A stretch of DNA of 64,000 nt, taken from the NCBI RefSeq assembly GCF_021028975.2, contig NC_059438.1, forward strand, positions 25,978,001 through 26,042,000, read 5' to 3'. Positions 1-11,334 of the stretch are shown piece by piece. The notes under the pieces are model-generated. The model saw only the letters and a list, made by a program, of their open reading frames with translations, had not been told where the DNA came from and made no database searches. A program made the position numbers and the translations under genes. How positions within the stretch are numbered: position 1 is the stretch's first letter; every line of letters begins with the position of its first letter. This DNA comes from Sphaerodactylus townsendi (Eukaryota).

Positions 1-132
1 CTGCTTCCTTCAGGCACAGTGGCAAACACGGCCCAGTCAGCCACTGCTGCTCAAAGTACATCTGCTCTCCATGTTCAGAAACTAACCTGAGTTCTTGTTG
101 GCCAAGATGTCACGCACAGCTGTCTCTTTTCA

Positions 133-480
133 GAGGAGCCTTGCTGGATGAGACCAACAAACGTCCACCTAGTTCAGCATTCTGCTTCATGAAGTGGCCG
201 GCAAACTGCCCTGGGGGACAAACGCCCAGGGCACAGAGGCCAAGGCTTTCTCCCAATGTTACCTGCTAGCACTGATTATTCGAAGACCAATCACTGCTAG
301 ATGCTGAGGTTCTCTTCACTACCTGGGACCACCAGCCATTCATAGGTTTTCTCTTTCCTGAATCTGCCCCTAACCCATCTGAAAGCCATCTATATGTTGA
401 TAGTTACCGCTACATGTACTGACAAAAAATATTCCAATCGAATTGAACTAGTATTTACTTTGGTCTATTCTGAACTTATC
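133..480 (-). mobile_element. Old CR1-type LINE 3' fragment
   Basis: Decayed reverse complement of the CR1 3' end seen at 10440-10630 (GAGCCTTGCTGGATGAGACCA...CACCTAGTTCAGCAT). Confidence 0.55.
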
Positions 481-821
481 ACTTATTAACTTTCATTCAG
501 CATTCCAGTTAAGATACAGGATACTCTCCCCATTTAGGTAAATACTATAAATCTCCCTCCCCCAACACTACTTATAAAACTAAAAAGTCTTAAAATCCCA
601 TTCCCTCTTCTTAGACGAAAATCCTCTCATATGCTTTTGGCTGGTTTCTGCACATCGTTTACTTTTCTGTGATCCTTTCTGAGACGTGACATCCATAATC
701 TCTTCTGACTCCTGCTACGTACTGCTCGGCTTGTAAATAAAAGTCCTCTTCAGAGGGATGGGGGTGGGGAGGGAAACAGACCTGCGGGGCACGGCAACTA
801 AATGCATCCAGCCACACTCAC

Positions 822-2462
822 CCGCTGGTCATCTTCCCACTGCTGCCGCTCTTCTTCTGTTTCAAAGGCAATGCTGTCCTCTCCTTCGTCACGCTTCCCT
901 GGAAAAAGACATTGTTGGCAAGTGCCAGCTCTGGCCCCAGACTGCACATCCACACCCTGACAAGTTCCGCTGACCCTCACCTCTGCCCCGAGAAAGCCAG
1001 GGCGGGGCACCCAATGGCCGCTGGTTGTCTGCCCACTCGTTGTACTTGTAAGATGGAGTCGGCAAAGGGGTTTCCTCTGGATATTTACTTCTGATAGACC
1101 TGCCAAGGTTGTGCAGAGAGAATAGTTAGCTCCAAAGAAAATAGCCAATTACAGGAAACAAAGTTTAGCCTCGGCCCATCTCCATCTCCCGCCCTACCCA
1201 CGCCCCCTGCTTTGGCCCTTCCCAGGAACCCTCGCCCCCTCCCTTTCAGCAGGCTCCGCTGACCCCATAACTACTTACCGGTCCCTCCTGTCGCTATCAC
1301 GGGATGATGCTGACGCCCGGTGACTTCGTTCAGAATCCTGGCTGGAGGGCAAGGGAGACGGAGACTCCCATTGGGAGCGGCGGGAACTGCTGTAGCCGCT
1401 GTCCTCTTCTTCCCAACTGGAGCGGGAAGGTGTGGCTGCATCTGGATGCAGAGGGGAGAAAGGCAGCGCATCAGCTTGCAAAACTCCGCAGCAGCAGCAG
1501 CAGCTCTGGCCGAGCTTTTATGGGGTGCTGGGGATCTCCCCCCACAGGAAAGACAGGAGTACCTTTAGGACGGTGCCGAGGGCTCTCCGGCTCATTCTTC
1601 CGAGAGCTGCTGGACTCCGAGGAGGAACCATCCCTCTCCGACCGGCCGCTGCTTCTTCGCCGGCTCCTGTCGCGCTCTGCGTGGGAGAAAGGCTCCTGTC
1701 TGTCAGCCACCCTCCCGCAGAGAAGGCCAGGCGAGGCGAGGCGGAGCGGAGGGGTGCTGCTGCTGCTGCAGCAGAAAGGAGGCTACCTGCGTGGTCCCGG
1801 TCGCGGTCGACCCGGCGCTCCTTCTCCTCCTTGGACGAGGCGTAGACGCCCTGCTCCCGACGCTCCCTGGCCCGCTGCCGGCTGCGCTCCCAGAACTCCT
1901 CGCTCACCCCCCCGGGGTGCGATGGCGTCTCCACCCGGGCCGAGCGGTAGTGCCTGCGAGGAAAGGGGCAGCGCCACGACCGGCCGCGTCAGCTCGGCCG
2001 CTGGAAGACCCCCCCCTCTCCTCTACCCCCCGTGTGGCCGCCGGGCCCAGGCTAAGGAAGCCCCCGTCCGCTCCCCCAGGAAGCCTCGGGGCGGGGGGCG
2101 GAGGAGCACCTGTCTCGGCGGCTGCTGCTGCTGCTGCTGCTGCTGCGCCCGGAGTCGGCCTCGTCGTGCGGCGCGGGCGGCGGCGGCGGCTCCTGGGCGT
2201 CGGCGTCCGAAGAGGCGGCGGCGAGGCGGGGGCGGTTCCTGGCGCCGGCCTCCCGCTCCCTCTGGCGGCGCTTCTGGGCGGCCAGCAGGTCGAGGCCCAG
2301 CAGGGAGGCGCGCGGCGCGGGGCGCTTGAAGACGTGCTGCTCGGCCCCCGCCGCCGCCCCCGCGCCGCCCCGCTTCTTCAGCACCAGCCCGCCCTCCTGC
2401 GCGCCGGGCTCCAGCCCCGCCAGCCGGTGCAGCTCCGCCGCCGCCGCCGCCCCCTCGCCCAT
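822..2462 (-). CDS. DHX38: DEAH-box helicase 38 / Prp16 pre-mRNA splicing factor, first six coding exons (gene continues off the left edge)
   Basis: GT-AG exons 2110-2462, 1787-1953, 1563-1676, 1279-1441, 981-1099, 822-898 splice in phase. Peptides match the DHX38 N-terminus: [83 protein letters not shown]. Confidence 0.96.
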
Positions 2463-3400
2463 CGCCGGCCCCTGCCCGGACAGCGCTGCCCCGCGAGGCG
2501 GAGGAGGAGGAGGAGGAAGAGGAAGAGGCGCGCGGCCTTCCTGCCGGAGGCTTCAGGGCCCGGGCGCCGCCATGGCCCGCCCCACAATGCACTCCGCGCC
2601 GGCCGCTCTAGCCTCCGCCGCTCACCATGGAGGCGCCCCGCCTTGCGCTTGCGCGGAAGAAGGAGGAGCAGCAGCAGCCGCCGCGGAGCCGGCCCTGGAC
2701 GGAGGCCTCCCCGCTGGGCCCCCGCTGCACACGGCCTAATCAGGAGGGGCGCCGCCGACATCCGGGCTCCTCCTTGCCGCCTCCGGCGAGTGGCTGCCCC
2801 TCGGCGCCCGCAAACGCGGAACAGGAGCCGCCCGTCTAGGACTCCGTACTCCATCGTGATCACATGACTGGCCTTCCTGGTTGCCATGGCAACAGGCCCC
2901 GTCCGGGCAGGAGGTCCCCCGTCTCCCAATTTCGGCGTCTGGAGGCGGGACGTCCTGCGTACGCCCCGCCTCTTCCCGGAAGCAGCCGAGCCCCCCACCC
3001 CATTCCACAGAGAGGCCTTCTCCACGAGCTCATCGCCCCTCCCGCGGAAAGCGACCTTCCTTTCTTCCGTGGTGCCCTCCGGGACCCCCCCTCTCCCGCC
3101 CCTGGCCCGCGCTGCTGTGGGGGCGCAGAAGCCCTCGGGGGGGGGGGGGTGGCTGGCGCCCCAGCACGCTCAGAGTTGCACCCGCGTTGCTGCGCCCTGG
3201 AGGGGCAAGAGGGCGGCGGCCTCCAGTTGGGCCGTGGGAGGCACCTGCCCCGCCTGCACCAGCCTGCCGCAGCCTCTTCCTCGCCTTCGGAGCCGATGTG
3301 AAGCGAGCCCAGCGAGAAGCCCGCAGGCGCCCACGCAAGGAAGAGGCAGCCCCCCCCCCCCCCCCCCGTGCTGGCAGAGTTTAGGAGATCAAGGGCAGGC
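1600..3400. promoter_or_regulatory. CpG island / DHX38 promoter
   Basis: Very dense CpG over the 5' end of DHX38. Minus-strand 5' exon donor ATG|GTGAG at 2625. E-box TCACATGA at 2860-2867. ETS-like CCGGAAG/GCGGAAG motifs. Confidence 0.85.
2880..2893. promoter_or_regulatory. RFX X-box palindrome
   Basis: Perfect 14-bp palindrome GTTGCCATGGCAAC, the RFX consensus, upstream of DHX38 exon 1. Confidence 0.65.
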
Positions 3401-3587
3401 AGGCAGGCCCACCCGGTCTGACCACACTCTGCCCGTGAGGCGCAGCCTGACTACAGCTACACAGCGGGCCCAGAGGACAGGTGTTAGGGGCGGACCCTCG
3501 AACTCCCATCTGCACAGAAGACATTAGATGCAAACAACTCTGACCAAAGTCAGGCAAAGCATTTGCCATCTAAGATCTCTGCTAAGA

Positions 3588-5135
3588 TGTCAGGCCTAAA
3601 AAAACGACTGGCAGCACAGGTGGGGAAGAGGGGTGCTACACCAGTATATCTCTGGGGTCTGCCAGCTGGCCACACTGGAGCAACACCTGTGCCAGCTGCT
3701 GCTCCAGCAAGGATAGGGTAGAGTCCAGGGGACACTGCCTCATCCTGGGGGTATGAGGAGCATCTAGGACCTTCCCAGGTTCTGTCTGTCATGTCCCTGG
3801 GAGGAAACAACCACTGCTTCCTTGCATCTATCTGACATTTGAGAGGCATACTGACCTCGCGTTCCCTTGCTGCCTTGGGTTCAGAGCTTAGGAAGGCCCA
3901 CAACCCCCTTTCAAGGTTCCTTGCTGCAGCTCAGGAGAACCAGGTGATCAGGCTAACTCTCTCTGCTTCCCTTCACCTTCCAGGTCAGGGGGAAGTCTGC
4001 CATGGTAGCACTTGCCAGCCAAGGAGCACAGGCTTCCCCATTCCAAAGTCATCACTACCAGCTACAGAGAGCTCAGGTGGCAGAGGAACAGACCTCAGTG
4101 CTGACAAACCTGTATCTTTTTTATCCTGTGACTTCCTCTTCCTCCCAGAGGTTATCCTAGCACCTCCCAAAGGTCGTCCCAACACCGCCCAGAGGTGGTT
4201 CTTTATCCTATAAATATCCTGCCCTCCAAAGTGCCATTGACACTTTTCCGTCTTTGTTACTGTGCTCAACGCATTGTCCCCTGAAACCAGACACTGGCTG
4301 CTTGGATCTGAACCCTGGATCTTTTTCACATCAAGATCAGGTCATATTACCCACCCACCCATATCCCGTACACCTTTCTATTCCAAACCTATTTATGCCT
4401 TAGGAACTCTGTGTGTGTATTTTTTATTGCATTGAATCAACTGCTTGTGAACCTCTTATCCCTACAATATAGTCAAATTTTCATTGTATTCCTCTCTGTG
4501 GATTTTCTTCCAAAAGCTGGTCTTTGTATACATTGGTATTAAAGATTCCCTACCCAGCCTCTTGCAATATCAATACACAGTCTTCTCTGAGCTAATTTTC
4601 CCCGCATTCTTGAGAGACTGCGTCGCCATCCTGGGTAGATGCAGGATGGAGCAGATGCAGTTAGTTCTTTTTGTTGAAAAGGGTGTAGCTGAAGGCCAGC
4701 AGTGCCTTGGAGACAAAGCAACTCTCCAGGCCAGTGAAAAGGGTGAGCAGAGTTCGAGGACTCTATCTGATAAGGTGAAACTTTTGTTGTTCGCCGCCAG
4801 AGCCCAACACCCCCCCTGTGTCAAATCCATGCCTGAACAATGATACTCCCACAGATGGTATAAACAACATGAAGCTTTATTACTGAAGCTGAGCCAAGTG
4901 GAACTTTGTGCAAGAGAGAAAAGACCCAACAATCTGCCAGTTCCCCCCTCCTTCCAATTGTGCCAACTGTCCCATTTGCCAGCCCTTCTCCCTCAGCACA
5001 CACATCCGAAGCACTCAGGTATTGGGGGGGGGGGGGGGGTTTGAGCGTACTGAGCTGCTTTCTCAGGCTGCTTGCCAGGCCTTTCGCAAGAGGGCCCGTG
5101 AAGGGGAGCCCCTCACCTTTACGCCTGGCCTGACA
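3588..5135 (+). mobile_element. Putative solo LTR (Gypsy/ERV-like)
   Basis: TG...CA ends with a perfect 9-bp terminal inverted repeat TGTCAGGCC/GGCCTGACA. Internal TATAAATA at about 4208 and ATTAAA at about 4538. No coding similarity. No clean TSD at these ends; alternative outer ends 3482/5142 have ACAGG/CCAGG flanks. Confidence 0.5.
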
Positions 5136-5433
5136 TTTCACACCAGGGCCTGGTTGTTCACAGTGTGGGGCGTGTGTGTGTTGTGGCTACTGCCTTGGAA
5201 CCAGCACTGGCTGGGCTGTTGCTCATGTCAGCATTTGTTCCCTCATTGCCAAGGACAAAGGGTGCGCTGCCAGACCATCAGAACATACAGGCAGATCTGG
5301 GCTTCCTTTTGTTAGGGAGCGAAGGCACACAGTAGGGCTGGAAAAACACATTCTGGAAAGGGGGAGTGTTCCTGGATGTCATCAATCCTGCCCCCACCTT
5401 TCCGGAAAGAGGCGCCGCTGGTCAGGCTGGCTT

Positions 5434-8400
5434 TCAGGGACGATGATCGGCTCCCACGGCTTCTTTGACGCTTCGGAATCCTTGTTCCCTGAGCAAAGGG
5501 GGGAAATCACATGAGGTGGCCCCAGCCCTGCCTGAAGATGTCCCACTCTAAGGAGCATCTAGACATGCTGGGGACTCACCCTTCCCACTCAGCTCTTAGA
5601 AAGAACCACCAGAAGATGTGATTCAGGGGGAAAGAACGACCCTGTAACCTCGGATGGGTTGCATCAGTGGCCCCAAACCACTCTCAGCTTTTTTGTTGAA
5701 TATGTTTTTGTTTTTAATTAGGCAGAAACAGACGGCCCATGACAAATACACAGATCCCACGCTGGAGGGGAGGGGGGGGGTCTAAAACAGTCGAAGACTG
5801 CCAGACAGAATAAAAGTGAGATGGGATTTTGGGGCAGCATCCAGGCATGTGCTGACAGCATGTATAGAATGACACAGAAGACTAAAGTGATGCGGAGGCA
5901 GCTGCAGAGAAGCCTGCAGTCTTCGTGGAGTTGGGCAGATCAATCCCCCTGCAGACCTGAGTAGCGCCATATGGCAACCCAAGGCAGGAAACTGGTCCAG
6001 AGATAGAAGGGAACTGGCCCAGTGGATCTTGTAACGACCACTAGCACGGGTGGCTTGGAAAGGGGATTGAAGCTGACTTATGGGGAAGAGGTCCATCATG
6101 GCTACCAGCCCAGGAGAGCAAAGGGAGCCTCCATGTGCAGAGACACTCTACACTTCTGAGTGCCTGGGGTGAGGAATGGCATCGGGGAAGGCCTCATCCT
6201 GGATGCCCTGCTCCGTGGCTCTCCTGGGCAGCTGGTGTGTGGCACTGTGTGTGAAACAGGAAACAGGATGTTGGACTAGACAGACGTGGCTGTCTGATCC
6301 AGTAGCTCTCTCTGGATCCTTATAACAGTTCTTGAGAGGCCTGGCAGCATGAAGCAAGACCAGGAAAGAGGCAGCACCAGGCGGGCTCTCTTACGTGGAG
6401 GACACGGAGTGAGAGAGCAGCGGGGTTTGTACCGTTGTTGCTTAATGTCGTGGAGGAGAATGTCGTGACTGGGGCTCCCTGTTGCCTCAGCCACGGTGCT
6501 CCCATCACCGAAGGGACTTCTCTCAGGTCTCAAGAGATCCTCAACCCCGTGAGGCTGATTGGCCTTACAGCAGGCAGCCACCAACTAGCCTCCTCCCCCT
6601 CCCTGCAGCTTTTATGGCTTCCTTCTGCCCTGCAGCCCCACCCACCCCTGAGCGCAGCCCCGCCTGGGAAGCTCGGCTGGCCCCCCCTTCCTCCGCTCTC
6701 TGGCTCCTGGGAGGAAAGCTGCCGGGTCCTGCTGGTCAGAGGCTCGTGGGCTGAGGCGGCTGGGGAGGCCTGGGCCCTGGACAGAGAGGCAGACGGAATC
6801 CCTCCTGTCCACTCCCCACTCAGGCAAACTAAGGGCTGATTCTCAAGGCCAGGTCTGACGAACAGACTCAGTCCTGCACTGCTGTCCTCTCAAAATTGCT
6901 TGTCTGGCAGAATCAGGGCCACCCTCAGCACATCTGGGTGGAGTCCTTGGCCGGGCCCTCCAGCCGCTGGCCAAGGCAAGGGGCCAGTAGAGCAAATCCA
7001 CCCCACCCGACGCTCAACCTCTTCCCTCACCTCAGCAACGTCTCCAGCTCCTGCTTCACAGCACCCACAACAGGTGGGCCACGGTAGGTCAGGGCAGTGT
7101 ACATCTGCACCAAGGAGGCCCCTGCGCGGATCTTCTCCAGGGCATCTCGGCCACTGCAGACCCCACCCACACCGATGATGGGTATTCGGCCTGGAGGCAA
7201 AGAGAGATTGGAGGGAAAGAGGGATTCGTGCCCCACGGGGCCCTGCAGCTGCCCCACAGGCACTCCTGCCCTGCGCTACCTTGGGTGAGAGAGTACATCT
7301 CGCTGACGGTCTGTGTGGAGAGCTGGCGCAGGGGTGCCCCGCTCAGCCCGCCCTCTTCATCAAGAAGAGTCCCACGGAGACTTGCAGGGCGGCTCACGGT
7401 GGTGTTTGTGACCACGAGCCCATCAACACCCACCTGGGGAAAGAGGCTACTATTAGTGGGAAACTTCCTCGACCTTCTGCTCAGCCCGCATGTGAACCTA
7501 CTGCCCCGGAGGAACCAGGCGCCACCCCCCAATTATGCCCAGATACTGAGGCCGTGGCCCTCCTGCTCCGCCACCTCACCTCACAAATGACACTTGCGAT
7601 GTCCCTCTTGTCTTGTGGGGTGAGGTCCGGCGCAATCTTCACCAGCACGGCCGGCTTTGGCTCAGACGTCAGAGCATCCCTCTCTTCCAGGACCTGTCGG
7701 GAAAGGCGTGTGGCTGGCTCAGACCCGGAGTAAGCACAGCCCTGCAGCACAGGCGGCATCAACTTGACGTAAGGTTTTTCATGCCACATGTTTTGAGCTT
7801 CGTGGCAGGAGTCTGGTAGCTTTTGTTCCTAATGTTTTGCCCGCATCTATGGCTGGCATCTTCAGAGGTATGAAGCCTCCGGAACACATATCACCGTGAC
7901 GGACCTCTGAAGATGCTAACCATAGATGCGGGTGACACCTTAGGAGCAGAAACTACCAGACCCCAGCCACAGAGCATGGAAAACCCACAACAGCCAAACA
8001 ATGTTTCACAGAGGGTTTGTGGACTGTGGGAATGTCCAGTTTCTCTGCTGGAAAAAGTACTTTATCGAGTGTCCTCCCCCACCAGCCAACCAGGCCTTGC
8101 CCAGAAGGGCACAGCCCGCCTCGGCCGGGCACTCACCCGTGTCAGCAGGAGGCGCAGCTGGCCCTTGCCCTGGAGTGCCCGCAGGCCGGGCGTGTTGGGG
8201 CTGGAGACGTTGACCACCAGGTAGTCGGCCAGGGGGCCCAGGGCGCGCACGCCGGCCGTGTAGTCGAGGGATGCGTCGGCAGAGTCCTTGTTCTTGCCCA
8301 GGTTGATGCCCAGCAGTCGCCCCTCTGGGAAGAGGCGGGCAGAGAGAGGCGAGGGGAGTGGTCGCCGCCGGCACCCCGAGTCGCCCCCCGCCAGTCCCAT

Positions 8401-9252
8401 GGCCGGCCGCGGCCACCTTACCTGTGCCCAGCCGCCGCTGCGCCTCCCGCCGGGCCCAGAGCCTGCGCCGCACCGCCGCGTGCCCCTCGCTGTTGAAGCC
8501 GTACCTGCGGGACGCGCGGAGAGGAGAGGGGGGCGGGCTGTCAGGGGCCGACCGGGAGCGCCCCCTTCCCCCCGCCACGCGCCCCCCCCCCCCGCGCGCA
8601 CCTGTTGATGACGGCCTGGTGCTCGGGCAGGCGGAAGACGCGGGGCGGCGGGTTGCCGTCCTGGGGCTGCGGGGTGACGCTGCCCACCTCCACGAAGCCG
8701 AAGCCCAGCCGGAAGAGCCCGTCCACCGCCTCGCCGTGCTTGTCGAAGCCCGCCGCCAGCCCCACCGGGTTGCGGAAGCGCCGCCCGAAGACCTCCACCT
8801 CCTGCGGGGAGAGGCGGGCGGCGGCGGCGGCACCGGGTGAGCCTCAGGGCCAGGAGGGACCCCCCCCGGGCGCCCCCCACCCCCCACCCCCCCGGCCCGG
8901 TCCTCACCAAGAGCGGCGAGTCCTCCTCCCGGCCGGGGGCGCGCGGCACCATCCCCAGGGCGGCCAGGCGCACGGCCAGCCGGTGGGCCGTCTCGGGCGC
9001 GGCCAGCCCCTGCAGCGCCGGCATCAGCAGCCGTGCGTAGAAGGCCTCGTCCCCCGCCGCCGCCAGGTAGGCCCCCAGCAGCAGCCCGCCGCCGCCCAGC
9101 ACCGCCGCCGCCTCCCGCAGCCGCTGCCGGAGACAAGGAGGAGGAGGAGGAGGAGGAGGAGGAGGAGGAGGAGATGAAGAGCGCAAGAGCCGTCAGCCCC
9201 CCCCCCCGGGCGCCCCCCCGGGCCCCCTCCCTACCCGCAGCGCAGGGGCCAT
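5434..9252 (-). CDS. DHODH: Dihydroorotate dehydrogenase (quinone), mitochondrial; 9 exons, 395 aa
   Basis: Exons 9235-9252, 8908-9123, 8602-8801, 8422-8504, 8137-8324, 7580-7693, 7280-7433, 7031-7190, 5434-5488 total 1188 nt. Motifs [49 protein letters not shown]; ends AVGADHRP*. Confidence 0.98.
5990..6325 (+). mobile_element. Decayed CR1-type 3' fragment in DHODH intron 8
   Basis: Ends GGACTAGACAGAC..GTCTGATCCAG like the CR1 tail at 10575-10605. Confidence 0.5.
7802..7990. mobile_element. Penelope-like element remnant (inverted terminal repeat pair, palindrome)
   Basis: Arms 7802-7869 and 7903-7970 are near reverse complements (GCATCTATGGCTGGCATCTTCAGAGG / CCTCTGAAGATGCTAACCATAGATGC). 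Resembles the squamate Penelope 3' terminus. Confidence 0.7.
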
Positions 9253-9450
9253 GGCTGGCCGGCACCAGGCGCACGTGGCTCCACCGCCTGGCCCCGCCCC
9301 CTCCGGCGCTTTCGGCTGCAGGAGGGCAGCGGGCGGGGCCACGCCCTCCCCAGCGGCTGCAGGAGCAGCCCCCTCCCCACACCTGGGCTGGGCTGGGTCC
9401 GTGCCAAGGGGCTGACCCTTTCCAGCCTGAACCCAGAGGGGCCGCTGCCG
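8050..9450. promoter_or_regulatory. CpG island covering the DHODH promoter and exons 1-5
   Basis: Dense CpG. E-box CACGTG at about 9272 and GC boxes upstream of the ATG. Confidence 0.8.
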
Positions 9451-9480
9451 GCTGCCACAGAAGGCGCCCAGGGACACATC

Positions 9481-9576
9481 CGGGGGTGGGATTCAAATAA
9501 TTTGACAACTGGTTGTTTGCAAGCATTTTAATAACCGGTTCTGCCGAAGGTGCGAACCTGCTGAATCCCACCACTG
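9481..9576. mobile_element. Short hAT-type MITE
   Basis: 15-bp TIRs CGGGGGTGGGATTCA / TGAATCCCACCACTG (2 mismatches). Degenerate 8-bp TSD GACACATC/AACACAGC. Same TIR family as 28179-28552. Confidence 0.65.
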
Positions 9577-9987
9577 AACACAGCCCTCTTTGTAGCAGCA
9601 TGCTGAGCACCCTGCTATGCTGCATGGGGGCCCCACCCCCACCCTCTCTGTCCTGGCAGAAGCATAGCTAGCCACTGCCAGGGCAATCATTCGCGTCTCC
9701 ACCTAACCTCACCTGAAGTGGGCCATGGGTCTGGGCCAGAGCAGGGCATGGCAAAAGGGAAAACTCGGGCCCATTTTGGGTCCAACTCACTGCAGAGGTC
9801 AAGAGCATGCCGGGCAAGACCCAAAACCCATTTCCCTTTTGGCCGTGCAGAAGCAGGGCCAAGAACCCCCAGGACAGCAACAACCCCTGGAGCAGGTGAT
9901 GGTCCTGAGATCTCTCTCTCTTTCTCTCTCTCACACACCACACATGCCCCAAAGCCAACAGCCATCGCAGCGGGAGGCCGGCTCCAG

Positions 9988-10632
9988 CTCGGAGTACTGT
10001 GTTCAGTTCTGGTCGCCACATCTCAAAAAGGATATTGAAGAGATAGAAAAAGTGCAGAGAAGGGCAACGAGGATGATTGAGGGACTGGAGCACCTTCCTT
10101 ATGAGGAGAGGCTTCAGCGGCTTGGGACCTCTTTTAGCTTGGGAGAGGAGATCGCCTGAGGGGGATATGATTGAAGTCTATAAAATTATGCATGGGCAGA
10201 AAATGTTGACAGAGAGAAATTTTTCTCTTCTCACAATACTAGGAACCAGGGGGCATTCATTGAAAATGCTGGGGGGAAGAATTAGGACTAATAAAAAGAA
10301 ACACTTCTTCACGCAACGTGTGATTGGTGTTTGGAATATGCTGCCACAGGAGGTGGTGATGGCCACTCACCTGGATAGCTTTAAAAGGGGCTTGGACAGA
10401 TTGATGGAGGAGAAGTCAATTTATGGCTACCAATCTTGATCCTCCTTGATCTGAGATTGCAAATGCCTTAACAGTCCAGGTGCTCGGGAGCAACAGCCGC
10501 AGAAGGCCATTGCTTTCACATCCTACATGTGAACTCCCAAAGGCACCTGGTGGGCCACTGCGAGTAGCAGAGAGCTGGACTAGATGGACGCTGGTCTGAT
10601 CCAGCTGGCTTGTTCTTATGTTCTTATGTTCT
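9988..10632 (+). mobile_element. CR1 LINE, 5'-truncated (ORF2 C-terminus + 3'UTR)
   Basis: [29 protein letters not shown]...GDMIEVYKIM...FFTQRVIGVWNMLP...FKRGLD, with frameshifts. Ends in a (TTCTTATG)n tail. Confidence 0.93.
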
Positions 10633-11334
10633 CTTCCACCACACCTAGCAGTTGAAGTCAGTGTTGAAATTATGGGGTACAGGACAGAATCCTGCAGGGC
10701 CTCAGAGCGCCCATGGAGGGGGGGGGAGGCAGGCAGGCAGGCTGACAAGGCCCTGTTGACGCCCATCCTGGCCAGAAGGAAGCCACGCACTGTCACACAG
10801 GAAATCCCCCAAGCGGGGCAGAAGAAGTGTGAGGGGACGTCTCCCTGTTTCCTCCCTGCTAATGGCAGCCTTACTGAGGTGTGGGAAAGGTGGCAGAACT
10901 ATGCAGTCAGTTGCTACTGGATGAGGCATCTGCTGCGAGGGGAAGGGTGTGGCCCAACCCCTCCCCTGCGGGGTGGCCTGGCAGAGGCTGGATGGGCCAT
11001 GCCTTCTCCCTCTGGCACTTGGCTGCTGTCACTGGGGAAGTCGGAGCCACCTGGATTTCAGGGTTTTGTTTAAGGCACGAAATAACGTCTCTTTGTACCA
11101 TTAATGACTTCTGAGGTTTTTTAACATTTAAAAATAAACATTATTTAAAATATTTTTGGTTCAACTGTGATGCCCCCACTTAGTGTGGCTGTATGTTTTT
11201 CTTGTAAAGTTGGCCAGCCCTCCGGTCCTTTCCCTGCCTCTTTCCAAGTTCTGTGTGGTGGCTGGAGAGATGGGCTGATCACAGCTGTGAATTCATTTTC
11301 TCTCGGACTGTAATTCCACCGTCTGCTCTCTGAC

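Noticed and set aside
3270-3320. SLFLAFGAD as a possible TXNL4B (VLVLRFGRD) remnant
   Set aside because: Too short and weak; no start, splice sites or further exons support it.
1304-3527. Long + strand ORFs (341, 358, 213 aa) over the DHX38 island
   Set aside because: Low-complexity R/P/G/A translations from stop-poor GC-rich DNA, antisense to real exons; no family motifs.
8006-9625. 539-aa minus-strand ORF
   Set aside because: Read-through of GC-rich DHODH exons and introns, largely in the wrong frame.
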